Origin: Octopus sinensis
Lineage: Eukaryota
NCBI RefSeq assembly: GCF_006345805.1
Contig: NC_043002.1
Location: 102,796,001-102,860,000, forward strand
Length of the DNA: 64,000 nt
Direction of reading: 5' to 3'
In this document: positions 26,118 to 40,599 of the stretch, piece by piece
Layout of the letters: each line of letters begins with the position of its first letter
Position numbering within the stretch: position 1 is the stretch's first letter
Notes under the pieces: model-generated
Database searches by the model: none
What the model saw: the letters and a program-made list of their open reading frames with translations, nothing else
Told to the model about the DNA's origin: nothing
Position numbers and translations under genes: made by a program

Positions 26118-27672
26118 CCAGCCTAGTTTCTTTTTGTTCTTTAAGCTCCAGCAAGAAAAATGAATTATTCGAATAGAAAAATAGAAAAAAAAACCTATGC
26201 CTAACTTATAACTGAAAAAGAACAGGTTAGCAGAAAGAGAAAGCCAGTATTTATCAGACATCGTTAGAAAGAAAAAAAAATATTTAAACAATGAAGTGAA
26301 AAGAAGAAAAGAAAAGTGTCGTCGCATAGGTTAGAAACAAAAACTCGATAACTTATAATTTTCTTTCGGGACCTTTCGTTAATTTAATTATAGAAAATAC
26401 GCGTATACTTATCTTATCTTGAGTTTTTCTTAAAAGATATACTTGTGCGTTGTGGTAGATCTTAGAAATGTTTGCCTACTTTTCCGTAAGAACGTGGGTG
26501 AAGTTCCCGTAAGCACGTGGTGTAATTTCTTGATCGAAGAAACAACGATGTTCGACTTCCTGATGTTACCGAACATTCCTTCAGCTCAGTATATTTATGC
26601 AGATGTTTTTTTTTTAATATATCGTAATTTAGTAGATATATTGTATTTTAGTATAATTTACCGACCAGTTTAGATTTATTAGATTAGATTAGACTTATTC
26701 ATAAATTAAATCTAATTGTTGTACCCCTATAAATTCATACTTAGCTTATATAAAACAATACTGGTATATTCATTATTTAAATTAAACTGCTTAGATTATA
26801 ATTTAATTAATATATAGTTAGCATGTTCTTTTGACTCAGTAAACCTTTTTTAAATACCAGTAAATACCAATTGATCAATCTTCACAGACACCATCTAATA
26901 AATTCGCATTTAAGTATATTATATGTATAAATATTAAACTATTTCTAGATAATTTCTTTTCCTCCCTTTATTGTGGTAAAAGTTTGGTATATACTCAAAA
27001 GTATTCAAAAAGCATTTTAATCCTTTGTTATAATATTCTTCTTAGCAATTTACTGAATAACACTAAATTTTAACTCTATACAATATGGCAATATTGTTTA
27101 CAATATTTAACTATAGTACCCCATGATAAAATTTTCCCTGTTTCATTATCAATGTTCTCCTTGTGGCTTGCCCTTTTAATTGTCACCTAACTTCTTGATT
27201 TAAGATTTCCCTTACCTAATCTCATTATATTGACTTAAATAAATCTTGATGTTTTTTTATGACAATACCCACTATGATTTCTGTCGACTCCTTCGGCCCC
27301 CTTCCTAACAGGCATTGTTCCTTGTTCTTTTGGCCTTAAATATACAAAGATTTGATAAACCAGTCTATAAATTAAAACTGACCACATAAAACAGTGACAA
27401 GCAAAATCTGTAACAATATTTTTTCCTGATACCTTAGCCGCTGCTAAACTGAAGTAAAGACAGCATGTTCTTTGTCTGTCTCTTTACCTTCTTGGAGATT
27501 TTAGGTAAAACTATACAGATGTGTCCATCTGTTTTAATTAAATTCTGTATCTTTATGCAGCTGAGGATTGCTCTGCATATAAATTGATGTAATGATTGCA
27601 TTGTTCAATTAAATGGAGTTGCTTGAAACAATTAGTCCATTTTCTCTGGATATCCTTGTTGCTTATTTTGAG

Positions 27673-27717
<45 letters not shown>

Positions 27718-27720
<3 letters not shown>

Positions 27721-27915
27721 CCCCCCCCCACAAAAACTAAGAAAAAACTCAAGAAAAACAACAACGCGAGTACGTGGTACATGTAAAGTATTAGCGGATG
27801 CTCAGAGAAAGAGCGAAAGGTATTGTTACGTTTCGAACAAAGCTTTTCATCAGAAACAGGACACGGGAGGAAGTCCAAGAGAAGGAAGACCGAGGGAAAA
27901 AATCGACAACGATCC
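27718..27915 (-). mobile_element. Short repeat family P2, probably a PLE terminal fragment
   Basis: Reverse-complement homolog of 29805-29990; contains CTGATGA-A-AAG-ctttg-TTC-GAAAC-GT; near (TA)n tracts. Confidence 0.55.
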
Positions 27916-27956
27916 ACATGTGCATATACATACATACCTACAGACATACGTACATG

Positions 27957-28055
<99 letters not shown>

Positions 28056-29624
28056 CACATATATATATATATATATATACATACACACACGTATATATTA
28101 ATGCTGATTTATTTGGAAAGAAGGTCATATACAGCATACACCTAAAGTATTTGTGACTATACACTTATAGGCGATTGGTACCTGAAAACACACACTTTGA
28201 CCGTGTGTCGTCTGCTACAATATACGCGTGACGCTGTATTTCATGATCTAACCGGACACCCATATTCAGTTGGATATAAATGTTCGCTTTCGATACTAAT
28301 ACTGCTTCCGTAGCTATTAATTAAGGATTCGGCAGGCAATTTGCGACATCAATGCCCGTAACGTTTCGGGTGTCCTCTGTATCACAACAGCGAGATATGA
28401 TTGGCATGTGGTCCCACTGTACTTCCCACTCGTGAATTCCTATACTGCGAAATCACGTGATGTGAGAACTCTGGTGCCTCTATAATTGTGCTCATAATAT
28501 TAATAATTATTAAAAACACAGTATTCAGTGTTCTGAAACGATGTTACTTTGGATATATAGAAATTAACACTTGGTAATAGTACTGACTCCGTCGCTATTA
28601 TTTTATTTCTACACATAATAGTTTTTGCCAATCCAAAATAAATAATAAAATAAAATAAAAAATAAATGAAATGCGTGAGGAACTTTCAGCGTTTTGTGTG
28701 AGCACGTTTTTCTAAATTTACCATTGAAACTAAAAAGGAAACATTTTCATTGTTAAATGGTTCTGACGGTTCAAAAAGGGAATGCTTAATGGAAGCATTG
28801 AATGTATTTCATGGAAAATTAAAAATTATTATTTATGAAGGTGTTTTGTGAATAGAAAGTAAATATTAAAGAAACTGAAGAGGATCTTATTATTATTTTA
28901 AATATTCTTGAGCGAAGAAAGAATGGTTAATTGCAATTGTTTTCTGAAAGCATACGTCAGAGGCTTGATGGGGATAAGTGAAGAAATTATATATGAAAAA
29001 GAAAAAAAATTGAATTGGTAAATTGTCAGATTGTGAAATAAGTAAAAATAATGGAGGTAATATTATGATATACATTGTTATTATTAGAGTAGATTTGTTA
29101 GTTATTTCCACTATTAGTGGAAAATTATGTATTCCTTCAAGAAAAAATTTGTGTTGCAATAGCACTTGTTTCCTTGGTTACCTGTGTCGTTTTTATAGAA
29201 AGTTAAGAAATGTTGATAAATTGAAATTGAAGAAATGTTGAACATGAAGATATGTCGAGAAATTCTATTAAACGTACAAGTTACACTTCGTGCTGTAGTG
29301 ACTGCTTTCTCTTCTTCTACATCTGTTAATGATTTTTTTTCTTTATGCCTTTGGAATTCATGATAAGAAGAGTAACGTATAAATCATATGTGTCTGTATG
29401 TTTTAGGTATCTGCGTATTCATACATACATGCATACTTACATACATAAATACATGTATATATATCTATCAGATGTTGCTACACATCGCTGGTCACAATGC
29501 GCTTCGCATTGTTTTTGCTTTCTTGTCCCATTTTGTATTTTTATATATATATTTTTATACATATATTATTGCGGCGAAACGTACGCCTTGTTCTCTTCTA
29601 GGTATATATATATATATATATATA

Positions 29625-29719
29625 GGGAGAGTTTACGAAATAAACAAAAGACGAAGACAGGTGGTGTACAAAACAAACAGATGTATTAGTATAACGCTCA
29701 GGAATAGAAAAAGTCTTTT
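29625..29719 (-). mobile_element. Family P1, partial copy
   Basis: Matches 43678-43775 and the reverse complement of ~795-894; stops just before the hammerhead-like motif. Confidence 0.6.
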
Positions 29720-29804
29720 TATATATATATATATACACACACATATGCATATGTGTATACATATACAAACATATATATATATCAATATGTGACCTCGTGA
29801 GTAC

Positions 29805-29988
29805 CGCTGGCGATTTTTTCCCTCTGTCTTCCCGTCTCGGGATCTTTCTTTCTCCTATGTTTCCGACGAAGAGCTCCGTTCGAAACGTTATAACCCCCTT
29901 CTTCCCTTCTTTCGTGAGCGTCCAATAATACTTTATTTGTTCCACGTCCTCGCGTTGTTGTGTTTTTTGTGTTTTCTTGTTTGGATTA

Positions 29989-29990
<2 letters not shown>
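29805..29990 (+). mobile_element. Short repeat family P2, second copy
   Basis: Homolog of 27718-27915; motif CCGACGA-A-GAG-ctccg-TTC-GAAAC-GT. Confidence 0.55.
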
Positions 29991-30023
<33 letters not shown>

Positions 30024-30059
30024 GAAAGAATGGAGTCGAACGAAGATGTTTACAAAATT

Positions 30060-30152
30060 CCTTTACTTTCGACATATGTTTCGAAGAACACATGGTTTCA
30101 TTCCAAAGGAATAAAGGGTGTATGATGTAATCTTCTCATCAGGAAAGAAAGG
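30060..30152 (-). ncRNA. Type I hammerhead ribozyme in PLE 3' region
   Basis: Stem I CCUUUCUUUC/GAAAG(U)AAAGG; CUGAUGA; stem II GAAGA/UCUUC, extendable; GAAAC; AUAU palindromic loop; GUC triplet. Predicted cut between 30071 and 30070. Confidence 0.8.
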
Positions 30153-30422
30153 GAGCCTCTCTCGGCAACGACAAAAAAAAATTTCGATGACCGCCTACAT
30201 GGTAAACAAAACGACAATAAGTGAATTCTTAAAAAAACCGTTAGAAGATTTAACGTCAAAGTTAGATAGTAGGAGGAGAAGGGTTAAAGGAATGATAGGT
30301 AGGGAACCAGTGGAAAGGAAAGGGTACGTTGATTAAGAATGTTCAAAGGTTTAGGAAAAAATTTCGCTATTGAAGCGGAGTGCACGTTAAGCTAATTGTT
30401 CAAAACACGATGCCTATCGTAA

Positions 30423-30802
30423 TCATTTGTAAGAGTGAAAAGTATGTTTCTGCCAGTGCTTACATTTATACGATTTCTCTATGAGTGTCTTTACAAGGGG
30501 AACCTTAGAGAAGAGGATATGGAAGAGCTCAGAGTTGCAAATGTTACAAAATCTCATGCCCTTATCAAAAGGAAAGGATACAGACAGTATGAACCAATCT
30601 AACTTGAAAACTATATTATTGTCTTTAAGACGCCAAACTAATTTATTTAGCCCTGTACTATGTTTTTTTTTACTATCCCTGAATGTTGAATAATGGTTTG
30701 AAATTCTCTTGGAGAACTGGGAAGAGGACGCTCCTATATAGAAGAAGACATCACTACCAGAGGAGATTCTACACTGGCAAATAGAATTCTCAGTCTTTCC
30801 CA
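30423..30802 (-). pseudogene. C-terminal GIY-YIG endonuclease of a Penelope-like element (truncated, frame open)
   Basis: ENSICQC..FFYIGASSSQFSKRISNHYSTF..HST.LNKLVWRLKD..LDWFIL..FCNICNSE..CKH. Confidence 0.85.
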
Positions 30803-31059
30803 GAAACATATGTCGAAACATATGTCGAAAGTAAAGGAATTTTGTTAACATCTTCGTTCGACTGCATTCTTTCCTTTATTCATATATAACACACAAATTT
30901 CTGAAAATGGACCCGGAGTTTCTACCCTTGGACAGGTCACTTCAACCGTGCATATACACACACACACACATATATGTATATGGCAAAAGTCAATGGAGAT
31001 AATACGAAAATAATTTTATGAAAAAACATTTGATATTGTTATATATATATATATATAAT

Positions 31060-31152
<93 letters not shown>

Positions 31153-31291
31153 TAAAGACGATTAAATTTCCCATAGTGGTTTTATATTGCACATACCTGG
31201 TTATACAATTATATATATATACATACGTATATATGTATATATATATAAATATATATGTGTGTGCTTACATATATGTACATTTTAAATTATG

Positions 31292-31332
<41 letters not shown>

Positions 31333-31707
31333 ATATATATATATGTAGGTAGGTAGTTATCCTACGCATAAGTGATCCTACATCCAGTAAGTTACTTACC
31401 ATTTCATTGCCACACGTTTCTCTTATATGCTTCATATGAGAGTTGCATATTTGCATTTTTCTTCTCATGCATTCTATCACCTTTAATACACCTCCACTTT
31501 TCACGAAATCGAAACTATGCCTGTCCTAATTTCATTTTATAATTCCTACGTTTTACCTTCAAACACTAGCGACACCATGCGTTCAGTTACCCAGCAACAA
31601 AATTTGCTAAGGGGGTGCAAACCCAGGTCCTAATTTTTTGAATGAAAAATGTGGATTTTTCCAACGTTAACATTAAAACAAATGCAGGTATAATAATTTT
31701 TATTATT

Positions 31708-32200
31708 ATGAGGGTCGCCTGAAATGTTCATAATCTGAGCAAGACACTCTCAATGGAATGTGACCAAATGAAGTTCATTTTCTAACATAGTTCCTCTTAC
31801 TGTCCACACACTTCCATTAGTAGTTAAAGTGCTTGGGTCGCACTGGTGAAGAAGCTTTTCTGTTGATCAAAATGGTCATCAACAACATATAAGATGTTCT
31901 CATCATAGTGATACTGGTACTTAGCTGAGTGTTTTGTCTTTGTTGGGAAACAGATGATAACCAGAAGGAACCAAATCTCTAACTTAGGGAGGATGATCAA
32001 CCAGTTCAAAGCCAGTCACATACAGCAGCCATTGAAACTAAAGACTTGTGTGCTGAAGCATTGTCCTAATGAAACAAGACCCCACTCATCAGTTTTTCTG
32101 AGTGTTTGGTCTTGATAGCCTTTCATAACTGCCTTCGGAAGTTGGTATTGAAATTTTCCATTGATGGTGTGATCATTTTGAAGATAGCCAATAAACACAA
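31708..32200 (-). mobile_element. Decayed mariner transposon 3' fragment with terminal repeat
   Basis: VFIGYLQNDHTING, VLFH*DNASAHKSLVSMAAV, FELVDHPP..DL.PS.YHLFPN; terminus TATGAGGGTCGCCTGAAA at ~31707. Confidence 0.7.
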
Positions 32201-32524
32201 TATTTTTTGCATTAATACATAGTATATATAATAATGTGAAGTATATTTTGCATATTAAAATGTTTAATTTTGGAAATGTATCAAGCAGAGCTAAAATAAG
32301 CAGTAAAAATACAAATTGCAAGTATTTCAAAATGTGGGACACTACATGACAAAAACTAACAAAAAAAAAGGAAGAAAATAGTGGTGCTTGTGTTCCTTCC
32401 AAAGGTACAATGAGAAGGCTCAGGAGAAGGATAGGGAGATGGGGTAGAGGGAAGGAAGTTAGAAGGAAAGAAAAGAAGGAAAAGTGAAAAGATAAATTGG
32501 GGATCTGAAATGAGTACTAGGCAG

Positions 32525-32722
32525 GAAATTGGCCCCTGTGCCGGTGGCACGTAAAAACAGCACCCACTACAATCTCAGAGTGGTTGGCGTTAGGAAGGGC
32601 ATCCAGCTGTAGAAACACTGCCAGATCAGACTGGAGCCTGGTGCAGCCTCCTGACTTCCCCGGCCACAGTCGAACCATTCAACCTATTCTAGCATGGAAA
32701 ATGGACATTAAACGATGATGTC
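32525..32722 (+). mobile_element. SINE or RTE-type LINE 3' tail
   Basis: ggcgttaggaagggcatccagctgtagaaac...agcatggaaaatggacattaaacgatgatg resembles RTE-type tails; recalled, not searched. Confidence 0.5.
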
Positions 32723-34026
32723 TTACCTATGCACTGGTCAAGTAGAAAAACGATGTGTGACAAAAATTGGATTGTCTTTTGGTACCAGAAAAGTGAAGAA
32801 AGAGAGTAGTGAAGGTTAGGGAAGAGCAAGTAGGAAGAAAGAGAGAGTGCGGAGAAATAAGAGAATAAAGATTGACAGTAGGTAGTTGACAGAGATGGAC
32901 AGCGGAAGAAATGGAAGACAGTAAAGAGAGAAAAGCAGCAGATAGATAGAGGGGAGAGAAGGACAGATAAATAGATAGAAAAGAGAGACAGTATTGCACC
33001 AAATATTGAACACTGCGTAGGGTACCACTGAATGGGAACAGAAGTGAGTGTGTGATATTACCTTGACCAACAGACCTAAAATACTGCACAGAAAGTCAAC
33101 AAACACACATATATAATGATAAAGGAAATTGTTGTATACAGTGCTCGGGTGAACTACAACTAAAAAGAAAACAAATGGCCATGAGCTGTACTGTTGGCGG
33201 ATTTCAGAACACATGGAAGTTTTGAAGGATGTATTATCTTGACAGCTAAAAACTGATGCAGGTGGTTTATTCCATGCTTCTGCAATTCTAAGCCTGAAAA
33301 ATTGTTTCCGAAATTCACGAAAGCTCAGCTTCATCACTTTTATTTATTTATTTTTGTTCTTTCTTTTTGCTTTGAAACGAAATCTAGCCTCAAGCATCTT
33401 ATACAGATAATTTTTTAGACACTATTTTCTGAAACTGGTAAAATTATGTAAGGGGTGCAAATTTTGATCTTGCACCACCTGATAATTCCAAGGGGTGCGG
33501 GTGCACCCGCTGCACTCCCTGTTCCCGGGCCCTTGTATGCGTTGAAGATTCCCTCGCTTCGAAAGCATTTTTTATGCTTCCTTAATCTCCATATATAAGA
33601 CTTGTGAAGCATCCCTGCAACATTTACGCAGAAATGGCATACATCAATAACATGGAGATAACTTAATACAAAATGCAGAAGAGGGTGTGATGTACATATA
33701 TATACGAATATATTCCTACATACATGGATATATACGCATATGCAGACACATATGTCTATATATAATGCTTAATGGCGTAAAAGTGCGTTCAGTAGGAATG
33801 ACTGTTAGATTTATAAGAGATAACACTAAACTGAAATGAGAAACATAGCATAAGGAATAATAATAGTAATTGTAATAATAATAATAATAATAATATTAAT
33901 ATTAATAACGTTAATGATGAGGATGATGATGATGCAGAAGGCGGTGGTGGTGGTGATGATGATGATGACTATAGTTCTTCTTTTCTTCTTCTTCTTCTTC
34001 TTCTTCTTCTCTTCTTCTTCTTCTTC

Positions 34027-34083
<57 letters not shown>

Positions 34084-35604
34084 TATTATTATTATTATCA
34101 TTATCATTATTACTATTAATATTATTATTATTATTTTTATTGCTGTTGTTTTTTGTTTGAACAGCTGTACATAGAAACTACTCCCACTATATTAAAGAAA
34201 CATATACAACCCAAGGAAAAATAAGGGTGGTTATTAGTTTTTTGGTTGTATCTTTGTCCTTTTTGACTACATTTCTTTGTATATAATTATAGAAGCAGTG
34301 CTCTATGAAATTGTGTTCGCTAATAAATAAGACTCTTAACCTAGTACTAACACGAAAGTGTTAATGACAAACAGAACTTATGTCGATCAGAAGAAATATA
34401 TAAATGACAGTTAGTAAAAAGATATGAACATAATAGAATCAGTGCTGATAATAATAATACTGAAAGGAAGTGGTTGGAACCTCCCTATCACCTGATTGAT
34501 ACATCTAGTGATGGTTTCACAATAAAAACACTGTTAATTGCCGAGTCTGATAATAGCTACCTCATATGAGTAAAACTGAAAAAAACAGTTTGTAAATGAA
34601 ACGAATAGTAAATCCGTTGACACCAAACTCGCTGTCCCCATAAACCAAGACTCTTCAGCCAGTATTTTCTTATCTTTGTCTGCCTTTTCCTGAAGAGAAT
34701 ACATTAATCTGCACAATTCCCCAGTATCAGGCGCTTTAGTACTTTCTTCGTACTCTGCTCCCATTGCTGACGGGTATGAGTTTGTAAATCTCTATAAAAA
34801 TACATATCATCGAAGAACCGTCGCTTAAATACCAGCAATAATCGGTCCACTCTGTGTGTGTGTGTGTGCATTGTAGGAGGTGGCCCGGGCGCATTTTTCA
34901 GTCCAAGTAGAATCTATGAGGGATTGCCGATCAGTATTCGTACAAATCTTTTTGAGATAAGAGTCACATGGTTGACAATTGAATATACCCTATACTCCCA
35001 GATAAATAATGAATCGATCAGCGATCAAAGAGGTTACACGTTCGGGTCATCTGCTCAAAATAGTTGCATTTGATATACCACTGAAGATGATAATAGATTC
35101 GCCATTGATATATATTACTTTCTCGTCAATCCATTTAAATGCTTCTGTTTGTAATTATTTCTATAATATAATGCATATTTTAAATTTTACTTTTGTTAAT
35201 GTTATTTAAATTATATAATTACATTTGTTAACAATAACATAAGTTGCATTTCAAGTGGATTATTTTATTTCCATACATTCATACACACATATATACATAT
35301 ACATACATACACATATATGTATGTATGTATTTCAGGATAAACATACAATCTTTTATAATTAAGTCAGATATTTACTCAATACTAATTTACTAATTACAGT
35401 AAATCCGCTGCCGTATAAGTCAGCATCTTGTCTGGAGATTAGTATCGCACTTGCTAGTGTAAAGAAAGCAATAGTCGTCGTTCTCTGATATGGTTTCCCC
35501 GCTTCACGAAATTACTTAGACATTATTTTAGTATCACATCCATTATATATGTTAACTTTTTTTCTAATGCAATATTAATGCTGTAAACTTGACTGACAAA
35601 AGCT

Positions 35605-35830
35605 GTTGTCATAATTCTATTTCTAATTTTCGGATAAAGGCCAACAATTTTGAGGTGAGATGTAAGTTAACTACATCGACCCTAGTACTCAAAATTATAA
35701 TCGATGCTTCAAAGCTGAAACATCGAAAGGAAATTTTGATGGTGTGATTCGAACACAGAACGTAAAGAGCCGGAAGAAGACCAGATATGAATTCTTGTTC
35801 GACGGGCAAACAATTCTGCCGGCCCACCAC
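35605..35830 (-). mobile_element. Diverged SINE, family C
   Basis: Reverse complement aligns loosely with 50117-50350 (ggcagaa..tttacgttctg.gttc.aa..actagggtcgat). Confidence 0.45.
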
Positions 35831-37353
35831 GTTAGTCATTGCAATAGCAACTGTAGCAATTCTCACACTGTTGACACACGTTCTTCTGTCACTTCACTAT
35901 TTTTGTTTTCTTTTTTGCGTAGCTTATTATTGTACATAAAATATAATTGTTTATAAATGAGACAATTCATAGATTTCAATAAAGTGAAGGATATAAATAG
36001 AATATTTAGTACAGGTTAATTTGATATCCTTTCATGATAGAAATTTTAACTCTCTCAGCAAAATATATCGTAAAGTATATCACAATAGTTTTGACACTGC
36101 ATCCTAGGTATTTTCTAAATATGTGGTCGAGATTGTGTGCTGTCTGAACTATTCATGCCAACCCCAAACCGAATATCTCTTGGCTTTCGTGCAAATATGT
36201 TGGGACATAAACTAATGCACCGATAATGATTGGTACAAATGAGAATTCATAGTGAGTGTGCAAGAGCTGCAACTTCCACTTAATTCGCCATAATTCTTCT
36301 CTTTTTCCAGGACTTTTGATTGTACGTTCGCTTCCGCTTGGGCAAGTATGTGTAATGTAATTATGTAAGTGTGTATATATCTATCTATTTAAATAATTAT
36401 TTATGCATGCATGTAGATTATTTTACGTCAGTGCAAGCTAAATGTTCACCAAAAGATCCTATGAAAATATGCATCTTGACTTATAATATATACTGGAAAA
36501 GATGAGTTAAATAGAAACATCAACGCGCTGCCCAATGAATAAAACTAAGAGCAAGAAAAGAAAGTTCGAAAGATTTTGATAAAATATTTCAATACTCAGT
36601 TAAGAAATAATTGACATTACTCTCGCAAGTATTTTCGGACAATTCACTTGGTAAAATCGTTTTTCGAAAACATCTAGCTCAAGAAAAAATACGTTGCACT
36701 AGAAAGCAAAAACATTTCAGTGATGTTAGCCTTTATCAACAGAACAGCTTAACATTTGTGGCCAAATGTTGCTGAGAACTGTTTGCGTTTGCTTTTCGAT
36801 TTATTTCAAATCTTATTTTAGTTGGGATTATAACGAAAGAAGAGACATCTAACAGAGGAAACAACGCGTAAAGCAAAAACGAAAGCTAAAACCCTACAAC
36901 AACAATACAAAAACATGAGTAAAACAAAGCCAAAGAGAAACAATCACCAATAATTCTTTGTTTAAGGTGAGATGGAAACTATTTACATTTATACATTCTT
37001 AAAAACATAGATTTCTTTTGGATTAGATTTGGTTCAGTTCTATAGAAGAGACAACTTGAAAAAGAATGCTTTCTAATGTTTGCAGCTTTTAGCATGGAAA
37101 ATCTTATGTCTCTATGATGGAAGATTTACTATCGGAAAGAAAAACGGTATTGTCGATCACTAATAAAAACCATTATTCGCCAGCTAGATTCAATAGAGAT
37201 TGCGAAATACAGAGTATAATACTTAAAAAGGATAGCTTAACATCATCATCATCGTCATCGTCGTCACCCTCATCCTCATCTTCTTCCCAGTCGTAGTCGT
37301 CGTCGTCATCATCAGCAACAGCAGCAGCAGTAATAGTAGTAGTAGTAGTAGTA

Positions 37354-37385
<32 letters not shown>

Positions 37386-37524
37386 ATGTTCTATTAGATA
37401 TCTTCCATATTTATGTTTCAAACAAAATGGCGTGCCTGCTACACATTTTCTTCCATGGATACATAATGAAATGGATAGATTTAGAAACCTACACGCACGC
37501 CTATACACACATACACACATACAT

Positions 37525-37597
<73 letters not shown>

Positions 37598-37691
37598 CAT
37601 ATATACATACATAAATATATACATACAGGGCTACATACACAAATAAACACACAGACACACAGATTTATATATGGGTGTATTAATAGATAGC

Positions 37692-37728
<37 letters not shown>

Positions 37729-38390
37729 GATTGTGTGTATATATGTGTGTGTGTGTGCGTTAAGCGATAGCTAGATAGATAAATAAATGCTATGATAATA
37801 GAAGGGGATTTAAGCAATATATACATACTGTTAAAATGAATGGGCATCAGTAATGACAAGAGAAATAAGCAGATTTCCTATCAGCATTATGTGACAATAT
37901 TAACAAAGAAATAAGATACACCGTATATTGCTTCACTCGCTGTAGCTATTAAAGGATATTCCAGCAGGATATTAAACGGGTTAGTGAGAGCAAGGCTAGC
38001 TTAAAACGAAATATATTGATCATGGTAACCGTGGTATTGGTCAATATCAATAGAGAAAAGTAGAGAAAAAATTATCGTTTGTTAGCTACAGGAAATGTGC
38101 GAACGATGTTTGAAATTACATTATCCACAAAGATGGAGCAATTTCTTGCAAACAGTCCGAGGTCAGTGGTTTAAATATAGGACACACCATATGTGGTGCA
38201 GTGGTTATTGTCTGAACTTAACTGCATTATTCTACGTATTAACGAATGTTTAGTGTGTGCGTATATACTTACATACACTGCTATATATATAAATGTATAT
38301 ATATATATATATATGTCAACACATACATATGTACATATACGCATCTCTCATTCTTTCTTTGTGTGTGTGTCTGTGTGTGTGTATATATAT

Positions 38391-38433
<43 letters not shown>

Positions 38434-40599
38434 ACACGCACACATATGTGTGTGTGTGTGTATTTGCATGTATGTATGTGTGTATATGTGCATATATGTA
38501 TATCACAGTCTAGCCGATATCTATTCCTTTTAGCCGAGATATTTTGTAGATACGGTAGTTTTTGTGTTTAATATTTTTATTAAATAAACCATCTTTCTAC
38601 TTAGGATTTATATACAAAAAATTGCGCCTCTAATTCCATTAAAATATGAGATCTTTTTTTTCTTCGTTTGCTGTCATCTCCTGAACCAAGTGTTGATAAC
38701 ATGTTACCATTGCAGCACTTTTTCAATTTAGCAGAAACGGATATGTAGATGATTTTGCACCTACCAATATTTGTGTCATTAAACTTTAAACAATTAAATG
38801 GCTAATATCAGCTTTGTTTCGTCTTATTTTTACAAATATCCCCTGCATATCGCTCCTTGATTATCCAAGGATAATTCCTTTTTAATTAAAATTATATAGC
38901 TAATTTTCAAGGACATCTTGAAAAATGCCACATAGTGTAGCATGGCCAAGCGGCGAGAAATTATTTTTTGTGTATCCGAAGTATTAGTTTTAGCCATGGA
39001 ATCAACAATAATGAAGTGTACGATATGGATGCAAGACATTTAGTTTCTTGTTAGTAAGATTAAAAAATCTGCTACTTTCGTTATGGATTATGACCGTGGC
39101 TTTGTTGCTGCCTATGATATATGCTGTGTTCAATTTTATGTCCTTTTTAGTCAGATGCTCTTCTCTTCTACAGAAACATCCAATGTGTTACATTAGCATA
39201 TTGCATGAGTTCTCGAGGGCTTTTACAACCTGTTCTATCAGAGAGGAGGAATTGCTTCTTGTATAAGAATACGGTTTGGTCTAATAACGTCTTTAGATAT
39301 CCTTAAAAATTATATTTTTAATTCCAACGAAAGTTTATTAGATTTTATGGTGACACCAATACTCACTTCTACACAAAAAAAGGGAAAATCGCATGAGCAA
39401 TAACGAATAATGTTATAGACAAGAAATAAATGAGAAACATTATACATATACTCGTACTTAACTTTTAGTAAAAAAAACACATTGTCTGTGTGTGTATGAG
39501 TGTGTGTATATGTTTGTGTGCTTGTGTATGTGTATACATACACACACCAACACACACATTATATGCATGGATATAAGGTCTTGTATTTAAAACTCTTTTC
39601 TCTAGATCATTTCACAATAATTCTTCGATGCTCTCCTAATGCACACACACACACACACTCACACAAATACACAAGCACACACACATGTTCATGGAGGGTC
39701 TCTCAATTGAATTTGGCTTCGAAAGCTATACCATACACCGAAAATGATGCCGCTGGATTGTAAAAAATATCTTGATTTGTTCATCTAGCGTAAGGACTCA
39801 TTGCCATAACGTTTTATTTTTAAATCACTGAACCCTAATTCCAGATTATCGCATAAATTTAAAGTAGAGCTCTTCGTTTCGAAAATCTTTTATTGATATT
39901 CTTTTACATTGACTGATATTTTAGATTTTACACACCTCTAAACAATTAGCCGACGTGTAGTAGTGGACTTGGGTTGTGCTGTATACTATTAACAGGGCAC
40001 AATCGTCAAAAACTGTTTATCCAAAAGTTAATGTTTTCCTAGCAGACCTTGTATCAATCGTTATTGCATAACTGTGCAAAGGGCACCCCATTCAAGTATT
40101 GTAGGGCATATAAATTTGGAACCACCCCTCTGCAATAAGTCTGCCCGGGAGAATCTTTTTAAATTCCTAATAACTTGGAGTAAAAAGAAATTTTGTTGAA
40201 TCTAGCTATCTATGTAGACAGATGTCGCCAAAATTAGTCCAATGGAATCAAGCTAAAAGATAAGTAACAACACAGGTAAACAGGAAGGTTCAAATTATCA
40301 GCACATAGTCTAGGCTTTGACAACACCATCGATAGATCTCATATAAAGGTGAACACCGAACGGGGGCGTTATGTTACTAAGTTGAAAAGACTTATCATAT
40401 GACCTTAAAATAGTTAGGTTTAAAAGCATTAAGTATTTTCCCCTAGGGCTCATAATTCCAGTTATCCTGTTTCCGTGACGTGTAGTTGAAATATATAACA
40501 AAAGCCTAGTGAACGAGACGCACGTCCCTTGCAGGGGTAAAGTCCATGAATTATGTACTGAGGTGAGAATTGAAATCCATCGACGCCCTGTACTAGACT

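Larger units (their letters stand above)
30024..30873 (-). mobile_element. 5'-truncated Penelope-like element with inverted terminal segment
   Basis: GIY-YIG endonuclease remnant, ~400-bp 3' region with hammerhead, and 60-bp inverted repeats (30024-30083/30814-30873, 2 mismatches); (TA)n on the left. Confidence 0.85.

Noticed and set aside
33440-33535. GC-rich ggggtgcgggtgcacccgctgcactccc motif resembling a MITE end
   Set aside because: No matching second terminus or TSD could be identified.
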